DNA of 15,536 nucleotides from an uncultured cyanobacterium (GTDB lineage: Bacteria; Cyanobacteriota; Cyanobacteriia; Leptolyngbyales; Leptolyngbyaceae): positions 1-15,536 of the forward strand of contig CAVYAN010000116.1 in NCBI GenBank assembly GCA_963766075.1, read 5' to 3'. Shown here one piece after another: positions 1 through 6,137 of this stretch. Below the pieces are notes generated by a model. The model did not search any database and was not told the origin of the DNA. It saw only the letters and a program-made list of their open reading frames with translations. The translations under genes and the position numbers were made by a program. Numbering within the stretch: the stretch's first letter is position 1; each line of letters begins with the position of its first letter.

Positions 1-53
1 ATGACAGACCGCGCCCGTTTCTTCTCGGCGGCGATCGCTCCGATTCTCCGCAT
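1..53 (-). CDS. Possible 5' end of a gene running off the window (MRRIGAIAAEKKRARSV...)
   Basis: ATG at 53 on the - strand with GAGGG 5 nt upstream; frame open to the window edge. Confidence 0.3.
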   Translation of the reverse strand, partial: MRRIGAIAAEKKRARSV

Positions 54-143
54 GTATGCCCTCAATCCGTCAAAACCTTATTAACACAAAGGTTGGAGCT
101 TAAACGCCAATCCCCGGCAAAACTTGATCCAACACCCTGAAAT

Positions 144-189
144 TAAGTGGTTCTACTCATGCCGTCAGCACGGTATACCGTGTTATAGT
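144..189 (+). promoter_or_regulatory. Repeated promoter module, copy 1
   Basis: TAAGTG-gttc-TACTCA (144-159); perfect palindrome CACGGTATACCGTG (169-182); extended -10 TGtTATAGT (181-189); GAGG RBS then ATG 215. Confidence 0.7.
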
Positions 190-214
190 AAGCATAACGA
201 GACGAGGAAATTCA

Positions 215-454
215 ATGCAAACGAACTTTGACACAGCCGCCAGCATCACCGTTTTTTTAATGGAAAACACAGGAACCTGTCAGGGTGTCTGGTGGGGAAG
301 ATTAAAGAAAACTGAGCAAATTCGGATTCTTGGTCAGTACTTTGGCAAAGGGTTACTCTGCATTGATGGGGGTAGGGAAGTGATCGAACATCACGTTAAG
401 GTGTGCTTCGGCACCGATACCGATGTCACCAAGCGGGCAAAGTTTGGGCAATGA
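215..454 (+). CDS. Hypothetical protein (79 aa)
   Basis: ATG with GAGGA RBS directly after promoter copy 1. Confidence 0.65.
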   Translation: MQTNFDTAASITVFLMENTGTCQGVWWGRLKKTEQIRILGQYFGKGLLCIDGGREVIEHHVKVCFGTDTDVTKRAKFGQ

Positions 455-540
455 TCTGCACACCCCGCACTGGGTGCTATATCAACGCTGCGAGAGTGCG
501 ATCGCGGCCCTCTCGGTCAACGCCAGTTATTAGGAGCGCC

Positions 541-933
541 ATGAATACCCCTCAATCAATCCAACAGATTTACGATCGCAACACCTCTGCCTTTTGCCTG
601 ATCTCGGTTGATCACCGGGAGCCATGGGGGAAATCGTTTGAAACACTTGAGAGCCGCGATCGGTGGCTCGAAAGAGAGGGGTATAAACCCTCAGAATTTA
701 TCAAGGGCTTACCCGTCGAATGGACGCACCATAGCGATCCAACCGAGAAGGCAAGCTGCCTCAACATCACGCCAGAACTGCTATTAGAGCTGGACTATGC
801 AGGACTCTGCAAGCTTGCAGAACACCTTGGAGTTACCGATCCAAGAAAGATCGATGTGGTCGGGTCGGTAACCCTGGACGACCAGGGGAACATTGTTGGC
901 ACGGTTGAAGCCTACGCGGCTCAGGATCAGTAA
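541..933 (+). CDS. Hypothetical protein (130 aa; start reassigned from 403 to ATG 541)
   Basis: AGGAG lies 4 nt before ATG 541; the upstream extension looks non-protein-like. Confidence 0.7.
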   Translation: MNTPQSIQQIYDRNTSAFCLISVDHREPWGKSFETLESRDRWLEREGYKPSEFIKGLPVEWTHHSDPTEKASCLNITPELLLELDYAGLCKLAEHLGVTDPRKIDVVGSVTLDDQGNIVGTVEAYAAQDQ

Positions 934-969
934 GAATACTGATGATAGCATGGTATACCGTGTTATAGT
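927..969 (+). promoter_or_regulatory. Repeated promoter module, copy 2
   Basis: TCAGTA-agaa-TACTGA (927-942); CATGGTATACCGTG (949-962); TGtTATAGT (961-969); AACCAAGG leader; ATG 997. Confidence 0.75.
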
Positions 970-996
970 AGGTATAGCAAACCAAGGAAACCAATC

Positions 997-1290
997 ATGA
1001 ACACCAAATTTCAAACCCTAAGTCCCGAAGAAATTAAGCCCGACTACAACTACCTGCGCAATATTCGTCTCTATTGGTTCCTTAACAAGATGGGCGGTGA
1101 AGGGTTATTGAGGATCTGTTACTCCTCGCAGGGGGAGTTATGGGTGTGTCTCGACAATCTGGTGTACGGAAAATACGGCACCTACCCAAACCACGATATG
1201 GACAAGGCAATGGCTCACTATGAGCAGCTAGTGCAAGAAAACCCCCGCCAGTCCGATGAACAAGTTCTACTCAATAAACGGTATCTCTAA
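997..1290 (+). CDS. Hypothetical protein (97 aa)
   Basis: ATG with AAGGA RBS after promoter copy 2; followed by a hairpin. Confidence 0.7.
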   Translation: MNTKFQTLSPEEIKPDYNYLRNIRLYWFLNKMGGEGLLRICYSSQGELWVCLDNLVYGKYGTYPNHDMDKAMAHYEQLVQENPRQSDEQVLLNKRYL

Positions 1291-1300
1291 TAAGCGGGAA

Positions 1301-1332
1301 GTCTGCCATCGCGGGTTAAAGCGGTGGCAGAC
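1301..1332 (+). terminator. GC-rich stem-loop after ORF (no U-tract)
   Basis: GTCTGCCATCGC-gggttaaa-GCGGTGGCAGAC, 12-bp stem with one G-U pair. Confidence 0.5.
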
Positions 1333-1378
1333 CCAGGGTGCTAGTTAATTCAAAAACTTAAGGAGAAAAGGTAATGAC

Positions 1379-1570
1379 CTGGAACAAGATGCGGCAATAC
1401 AAAAGGGGCAAAGTGGTTCTATCCGAGTCTCATTTTGTATTGCCTGTCCAAACTGCGGCAGTGTCATGCTCTTTTCGATAAAGGAGGATTTATCGGGAAA
1501 GGAATTGGTTTGCAGTGCCCGCTGTCTTGATATTCAAGTTTTGGAGAAGGAAGATGTGGATTCAATTTAG
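1379..1570 (+). CDS. Unannotated Zn-ribbon ORF (CPNC...CSARC); non-canonical CTG start or frameshifted
   Basis: Frame open 1349-1570 reads LEQDAAIQKGQSGSIRVSFCIACPNCGSVMLFSIKEDLSGKELVCSARCLDIQVLEKEDVDSI; AAGGAG/AAGGT upstream; stop overlaps the next start. Confidence 0.45.
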   Translation: MEQDAAIQKGQSGSIRVSFCIACPNCGSVMLFSIKEDLSGKELVCSARCLDIQVLEKEDVDSI

Positions 1571-2105
1571 AGTACCGCTACAGGATGGCGTCAAGCAGCC
1601 TTCAAAGGTTGTGTGTGAAGTGTCGGGTTTTGTCAGCATGGACTTTTCCACGGCGTTCATCCTGCAAGGACTTGCCCTAGGGCAAGTCCTTGGGGATTCC
1701 AAAAGGAAAGTCGATTATGAGCAGATGGAACGCTGGATTCAAGGCCACGGGGCGTTACCTGTAACTCTGACCTCAGACCATTTGCTAAAGATGGCGGAAT
1801 TCTTTCCCATGGGATTGACAAGCCTAGTGCAGCTATTTGGTTGCACAAACCGGGTGTCAATGTCCACTCTCGCCAACAGAGGGGAATTGCAGTTGACCAA
1901 AGAAATGCTTGCGCTACTGCGGCAGGCTTTTGTAAAAAGCTCTAGGTTTTTTCAACCGGAAATGGCTGAGAGTGCGATCGTGTTTAAGGTTGGGGAGCAG
2001 TACTTTCTTAATGCTACCGTGTTGGGTTCTGCTGAATTGATCTCGCTCCACTTGGAGCAAGTTGGTTTAACAACTCAGTTCCCACTAGATTTCTATTACC
2101 CATGA
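1554..2105 (+). CDS. Hypothetical protein (183 aa; start at MWIQF)
   Basis: GGAGAAGG precedes ATG 1554; ATGA overlap with the next gene at 2102-2105. Confidence 0.7.
   Translation: MWIQFRVPLQDGVKQPSKVVCEVSGFVSMDFSTAFILQGLALGQVLGDSKRKVDYEQMERWIQGHGALPVTLTSDHLLKMAEFFPMGLTSLVQLFGCTNRVSMSTLANRGELQLTKEMLALLRQAFVKSSRFFQPEMAESAIVFKVGEQYFLNATVLGSAELISLHLEQVGLTTQFPLDFYYP
1665..1692. repeat. Perfect 28-bp palindrome inside a CDS
   Basis: CAAGGACTTGCCCT|AGGGCAAGTCCTTG. Confidence 0.95.
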
Positions 2106-2335
2106 CAAGCGTTATCAAAACCAAAGCGTTAACTGTTGCGCTGCAAGCCTTGCAGCAGTCCTCAAACGGACTCACTTTGGATCAAGTTATTGATCAAGTA
2201 CTTTTTCACATTGAGCATTTTCACAGCCGGAGGGAGGCGATCGCGGTTATCCGTGACGGTTTACGCTCCGAGCCAAGCGTGCTGCAAATCGATAATATTT
2301 ATCGAATAAAGGAGCCAACCCGTGAACCCTTCTAA
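2102..2335 (+). CDS. Small wHTH-like protein, paralog A
   Basis: ALQQSSNGLTLDQVIDQV...IYRIK pattern; coupled to both neighbours. Confidence 0.65.
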   Translation: MTSVIKTKALTVALQALQQSSNGLTLDQVIDQVLFHIEHFHSRREAIAVIRDGLRSEPSVLQIDNIYRIKEPTREPF

Positions 2336-2410
2336 GGAAATACTAGAAATTGTGCTGCAAGGCTTGCAGCAGTCCTCAAGCGGACTCACTTTGGATCAAG
2401 TCGTTGATCA
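2140..2410 (+). repeat. 57-bp direct repeat (2140-2196 and 2354-2410), 53/57 identical
   Basis: gctgcaag(c/g)cttgcagcagtcctcaa(a/g)cggactcactttggatcaagt(ta/cg)ttgatca. Confidence 0.95.
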
Positions 2411-2708
2411 TGTTTTTTCGCAGGTTGCTCACTTTCTGAAAAGAGGCAGAAAGGTGGCTGTATTAACCTCGGCAGAGGAATCCATTCTTGTCGAGGTTAA
2501 TACCCCAGAGGGCTGGGCTACCGCTGCTGAATTTATAGGAGTGCGATTGAATGGGCATCCCGCGATCGCGTTCAACGAGGGGCTGTACACACTTCGGAGA
2601 ATCCACAGAATCCAGGCTGTCAAAGTTTACAGGGCTGCTGACTGCACAGCCCACAATTCAATGTTCACATCCAAAGTCATCACAGAAGTCACGGAGATAA
2701 AGCAATGA
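2322..2708 (+). CDS. wHTH-like protein, paralog B (128 aa)
   Basis: GTG start with AAGGAG RBS; N-terminus paralogous to 2102-2335. Confidence 0.65.
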   Translation: MNPSKEILEIVLQGLQQSSSGLTLDQVVDHVFSQVAHFLKRGRKVAVLTSAEESILVEVNTPEGWATAAEFIGVRLNGHPAIAFNEGLYTLRRIHRIQAVKVYRAADCTAHNSMFTSKVITEVTEIKQ

Positions 2709-2998
2709 AGCCGCAAAGAGCAAAGCACCGCCGCCCAAACCGCCGCAAAGAGACGATCAACATGTCAGGGATACTCGGTAGGCGAAACCCGGACTTGCAG
2801 CCAGGAACGGCGCTCCAAGCGCTGTCTGTGAAGATTCCGTGCGGTGATTACGCCGCGCTGGAAACTCACTGTGCAAAGCTGGCGATCGCCTCGGGGTTTT
2901 CCCCTGGGGCCGAGAGAGCGGCGATCGTTCGCAGGCTAATCAGCCAGTTCCTAGCGGGGATCAGTAAAACCACTGATCTCACATCTCAGAAATCTTAG
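2705..2998 (+). CDS. Ribbon-helix-helix (CopG/Arc-like) DNA-binding protein; alternative start 2762
   Basis: LSVKIP-x-DYAALE...RAAIVRRLISQFL beta-alpha-alpha pattern; ATGA coupling. Confidence 0.55.
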   Translation: MKPQRAKHRRPNRRKETINMSGILGRRNPDLQPGTALQALSVKIPCGDYAALETHCAKLAIASGFSPGAERAAIVRRLISQFLAGISKTTDLTSQKS

Positions 2999-3005
2999 TT
3001 ATAGT
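2961..3005 (+). promoter_or_regulatory. Repeated promoter module, copy 3 (no sizeable + strand gene downstream)
   Basis: TCAGTA-aaac-CACTGA (2961-2976); ...CTTAGTTATAGT with -10 at 3000-3005. Confidence 0.65.
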
Positions 3006-3011
3006 AGGGGC

Positions 3012-3368
3012 ATAAGGGGAGCGGCCCCTAACCGCCCAGAGGGAGCATAGGTGCCCAAGAAGAAGAAGGTTGAGACGTAAGACAGGGTAGCAATTCCGCT
3101 ACCTATATCTCTCCCCAGGAGGGTAAAGCCGATGTTTCTTTCTACCAAAGCTTCCGTGACCGCGCTCATCGCTCCAACGTGATTGATCTGGGCACGGGAA
3201 ACCGTATCGGGAGAGTAGAGTGCGGAATCCGTGAGGTGGCAAATCACCCCTCAGCGTTCCCCCATCTGAGTTCCCAGTTCATAGCCCTTTGCCAAAACGG
3301 GCAAGCCGTCTATGTAGGACGGTAGACTCAAAACGGCTCTAGTCTTGAACTAGAGCCGTTTTGTTTTG
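3012..3368 (+). ncRNA. Candidate ~350-nt structured non-coding RNA
   Basis: Bounded by promoter copy 3 and the 3329-3368 terminator. Stems include 3051-3060/3187-3195, 3086-3103, ACGG-GAAA-CCGT 3194-3205, a nested 3209-3275 stem and 3306-3322. Confidence 0.5.
3329..3368 (+). terminator. Rho-independent terminator (possibly bidirectional)
   Basis: CAAAACGGCTCTAGT-cttga-ACTAGAGCCGTTTTG, perfect 15-bp stem followed by TTTTG. Confidence 0.8.
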
Positions 3369-3402
3369 TCGAGTCTTGCCAGCTCGGCGAACCCGCAAAA
3401 CT

Positions 3403-3446
3403 TCAGTAATTCTACTGATATATAGCTAGGATTTCTTAGTTATATT
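3403..3446 (+). promoter_or_regulatory. Repeated promoter module, copy 4 (DUF932 gene)
   Basis: TCAGTA-attc-TACTGA (3403-3418); TAGCTAGG-attt-CTTAGTTA; TATATT 3441-3446; AACCAAGG leader. Confidence 0.75.
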
Positions 3447-3498
3447 GAATATATCGGAACGACGCAAACCACTTAATTAAAACCAAGGAAAAAAGACA

Positions 3499-4518
3499 AT
3501 GGCTCACCAATTTGATTCCGGAATGTTTGTAAACTCCAATCTCTCGAAGGAATGGCACGGACTAGGAGTTGTAGTCCCGGTGCCCCCGGCAACGACTAGC
3601 GAAGCAATGGAAGTCGCGGGGATGGACTGGCAAGTTGAAGAATCGCCCGTGATCACGATTGGGCAAGACGAGACTGAACCTAGCTTGGTTGATGGCTGGA
3701 AGGTTTTGAAGCGTTCGGACAACGGTGCTACTCTGCATGTTTGCAAAGAGTCTTGGACGCCAGTGCAAAACGCCGACGCTTTTTCGTGGTTCGATCCCAT
3801 CATCGCCGATGGCGATGCGGCAATTAGCGCGGCGGTTAGCTTGCAAGGCGGCAAGAGAATTGCCATCACGGCAAAGATTAAGGACGGGGTTGCAGATGTT
3901 GTTAGCGGGGATCCAGTGGAAGCCTACTTACTAATTTACAATTCCCACGACGGGACTTTATCTCTGGGGATTAAGTTTACGAATACCCGCGTAGTGTGCG
4001 CCAACACACTAGCGATCGCAATGCAGGGCGATCAAAAACTAATCCGGGAAGAAATGACTTGGAACAACAAAGTGGCCCGCATCCGCCACACCAAATCAAT
4101 CCACACGAACCTAGAAGCGGTTCGCGATGCCCTAGATGTTCAGCGACGCGCCTTCCGCTACTCCATTGACGAATATCGGGCGATGGCGAAGGTAGATCTG
4201 TCCTCCACTGCGTTTGATAAGTATCTCTCTACGGTGTTCGCCAAGCAATTGCAAGGCGACAACGAAACCAGACCAGTCTCGGAGCTGCGTCAATATGACC
4301 AGCTAGTCCGCAATTTTGAGAACGGAGTAGGAATGGACATCAAGGGCGTTCGAGGCACGCTATGGGCCGCGTATAACGCGGTAACAGAGTGGACAACCCA
4401 TCAACGTGGCGGTAACGATACCGTCGAAGCAGCCCGCGATCGCCTGAACGCGATATGGTTCGGAAGCGCAGCACAAATCAACGAAGCAGCCCACGAAGCA
4501 GCCCTGGCACTGGTTTAA
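3499..4518 (+). CDS. DUF932 / phage-plasmid-like protein (TIGR03299 type)
   Basis: WHGLG, AGMDWQV, PVQNADAF, NSHDGT, RVVCANTL, RIRHT and GTLWAAYNAVTEW motifs typical of DUF932. Confidence 0.92.
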   Translation: MAHQFDSGMFVNSNLSKEWHGLGVVVPVPPATTSEAMEVAGMDWQVEESPVITIGQDETEPSLVDGWKVLKRSDNGATLHVCKESWTPVQNADAFSWFDPIIADGDAAISAAVSLQGGKRIAITAKIKDGVADVVSGDPVEAYLLIYNSHDGTLSLGIKFTNTRVVCANTLAIAMQGDQKLIREEMTWNNKVARIRHTKSIHTNLEAVRDALDVQRRAFRYSIDEYRAMAKVDLSSTAFDKYLSTVFAKQLQGDNETRPVSELRQYDQLVRNFENGVGMDIKGVRGTLWAAYNAVTEWTTHQRGGNDTVEAARDRLNAIWFGSAAQINEAAHEAALALV

Positions 4519-4519
4519 T

Positions 4520-4564
4520 TCAGTGATTTTACTCACACTATAACTAGGTGGACCTAGTTATAGT
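4520..4564 (+). promoter_or_regulatory. Repeated promoter module, copy 5
   Basis: TCAGTG-attt-TACTCA (4520-4535); TAACTAGG-tgga-CCTAGTTA; TATAGT 4559-4564; AACCAAGG leader. Confidence 0.7.
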
Positions 4565-4572
4565 GTGAGTAA
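4529..4572. repeat. Perfect 21-bp inverted repeat with 2-nt spacer
   Basis: TTACTCACACTATAACTAGGT-gg-ACCTAGTTATAGTGTGAGTAA. Confidence 0.95.
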
Positions 4573-4590
4573 CAACCAAGGTGAGCACCC

Positions 4591-5652
4591 ATGAAAACTG
4601 TTTTTCCAAGCCCGGTAGTAACACTCACGCCAGCACATTCCGCTGGGAATTTATTTACCTGCATTGCCGAACTAGTGACCGCATTTCGGCGGTACACGCG
4701 CAAGCGTATCGTTTCAACAAGCCGCCTTTACCTCAATGTTTCGGCAGGGATGCTCACGATCACCTCATACGTGCCCCGCCGCATCGCCCCAGAGGTTGCG
4801 GCGTTCTCTATGCCATTTGACGGCCCAGAGGTTTCCGGTAGTTTTAGCGCTAATTTCCTGCGGCTCTTTAAGAAATTTGCAGAACTCCCCTATGAGTACC
4901 GTCAATCCGAGGGCGATCGCCCTCAACTCATCATCAAAGGGCAGACCTTTGAATATGCAATAGACTTGCACCAAGATGAATTCAAGATTGTCGAAACAGT
5001 TTTCCGGAATTCAGTAGATTCACCGATCTTTAACTCGGCAGGCTCAGTTATATTAGGTATAACAACACGAGAATTTGAGGGATTAGAGATGACTATCACC
5101 ACGACCGACAACTACTTTGCTGACCTGAACACCGCTGTAGCTCTGGGTATCGTCGCGAAGGGTGTCAAGCCGAAAAAAGCTGATCTTTATGCGGCGATCG
5201 CTGACTACAACGCCAAAGCCGCCGCCGCTGAACAGGTTCAGGTTGCAGACAGCCTAGCTAAAACCAGGGCGAGTCTGGAGAAGCTAATCGCCGATGTGCC
5301 AGCAGTGGATGTCCCAGCAGTTGCGGTGGAAGTTGCTTCCAAAGGAGGCAACGCCTATACTGCACTGCGATCGCAGTGGAACGAAAAGCGGGAAGCTAAG
5401 GCTTCAGGCGCGGCGAAGAAGGCCACGGTGAAGAAATCTACCGCGATGGCAGACGCGCTGTACCAGCCCAACGACTACAAACAGAAGCCAAGCGCCAAGA
5501 TTCTTCAACTGATTGAAATCTTGAAAGCGGGTGCGACACCCGAGCAAGTTTGCGCGGCAATGGGCTGGAAAACCTGGAGTCCAGAGAAGAGTGTGGTGAG
5601 AAACTACGGCTATAAAATCAAGGTTTATAACGGAGTGTGTTCTATTCCATAG
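4591..5652 (+). CDS. Hypothetical 353-aa ORF, probably two genes in frame (N-terminal alpha/beta domain plus internal gene from 5089)
   Basis: ATG 4591 after promoter copy 5; reads through an internal promoter and RBS. Confidence 0.6.
   Translation: MKTVFPSPVVTLTPAHSAGNLFTCIAELVTAFRRYTRKRIVSTSRLYLNVSAGMLTITSYVPRRIAPEVAAFSMPFDGPEVSGSFSANFLRLFKKFAELPYEYRQSEGDRPQLIIKGQTFEYAIDLHQDEFKIVETVFRNSVDSPIFNSAGSVILGITTREFEGLEMTITTTDNYFADLNTAVALGIVAKGVKPKKADLYAAIADYNAKAAAAEQVQVADSLAKTRASLEKLIADVPAVDVPAVAVEVASKGGNAYTALRSQWNEKREAKASGAAKKATVKKSTAMADALYQPNDYKQKPSAKILQLIEILKAGATPEQVCAAMGWKTWSPEKSVVRNYGYKIKVYNGVCSIP
5011..5054 (+). promoter_or_regulatory. Repeated promoter module, copy 6 (inside ORF 4591-5652)
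   Basis: TCAGTA-gatt-CACCGA (5011-5026); TAACT-N10-AGTTA; TATATT 5049-5054; GAGGG RBS before ATG 5089. Confidence 0.7.
5089..5652 (+). CDS. Ala/Lys-rich protein with C-terminal wHTH (DUF3489-like), internal in-frame start
   Basis: Own promoter and RBS; C-terminal AKILQLIEILKAGATPEQVCAAMGWK resembles the DUF3489 GAT...GW motif. Confidence 0.6.
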   Translation: MTITTTDNYFADLNTAVALGIVAKGVKPKKADLYAAIADYNAKAAAAEQVQVADSLAKTRASLEKLIADVPAVDVPAVAVEVASKGGNAYTALRSQWNEKREAKASGAAKKATVKKSTAMADALYQPNDYKQKPSAKILQLIEILKAGATPEQVCAAMGWKTWSPEKSVVRNYGYKIKVYNGVCSIP

Positions 5653-5659
5653 CTCACAG

Positions 5660-5686
5660 AACCGCAGGGCGTTAAGCCCTGCGGTT
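5660..5686 (+). terminator. Stem-loop after ORF (no U-tract)
   Basis: AACCGCAGGGC-gttaa-GCCCTGCGGTT, perfect 11-bp stem. Confidence 0.55.
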
Positions 5687-5720
5687 GGCACTGGCAAACA
5701 ATCGGCTCATTAGGTGAAAC

Positions 5721-6137
5721 ATGCATATTTTACTGGACTTGAATTACACCTTGGTTTCTAACAGCCTTGAGAAACTGACCCCTTTCACAAGGCAGATTGA
5801 ACACGAACGGTATCGGGGCGATTTGATCGCGGCCCTTTTGGATGTGCCAGTGATTCTGATCACAGCTAGGCCGGATGTACATAAAAGACAAACCCTCAGG
5901 AGTATCCAGGAGAAAACCGGGTGGAATCCGGATGAGTCGTTTTTTAACGACACTAGACTTTTCCCGCCTGCTTTCAAAAAGTCGGTGCTAGATCGGTTCC
6001 TAAAGGGCCGGGGGCTTGAATTCTTTGGGATTGAAAGTAATCCCAAGACGCGGGCGATGTATGCGAACCAGGGGATAAAATCGGTTCCATACGAAACCTT
6101 TATCCAGGATCCAAAACAATGGCTGAATCCTCTGTGA
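5721..6137 (+). CDS. HAD-superfamily (PNKP phosphatase-like) protein with variant catalytic motifs
   Basis: LLDLNYTL (motif I, DxN), ITARP (II), FKK (III), GIESNPKTRAMY (IV variant); capless size; AGGTG RBS. Confidence 0.7.
   Translation: MHILLDLNYTLVSNSLEKLTPFTRQIEHERYRGDLIAALLDVPVILITARPDVHKRQTLRSIQEKTGWNPDESFFNDTRLFPPAFKKSVLDRFLKGRGLEFFGIESNPKTRAMYANQGIKSVPYETFIQDPKQWLNPL

Noticed and set aside
403..540. N-terminal extension of the 176-aa ORF
   Set aside because: Overlaps the previous gene and looks non-protein-like; a good RBS marks ATG 541.
2999..3247. 82-aa - strand ORF
   Set aside because: GTG start, opposite to all neighbouring genes, no recognisable motif; the + strand promoter, structure and terminator explain the region better. 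Not formally excluded.
3006..3400. tmRNA, tRNA, HEARO/omega RNA or group II intron
   Set aside because: No T-loop GTTCRA with CCA end, no domain V, no HEARO-like 5' motif and no adjacent IscB, TnpB or RT gene.
144..5054. Repeated dyad as an NtcA, LexA or CRP box
   Set aside because: Spacing is GTA-N4-TAC. NtcA needs N8, the cyanobacterial LexA box RGTAC-N3-DGTWC is 2 nt longer, and no TGTGA half-sites are present.
144..5054. Repeats as a CRISPR array
   Set aside because: Copies are degenerate, hundreds to thousands of bp apart, and sit upstream of genes rather than between regular spacers.
3504..5697. Alternative-frame and antisense ORFs over DUF932 and the 4591-5652 gene
   Set aside because: Shadow ORFs of better-supported genes, with no motifs or RBS.
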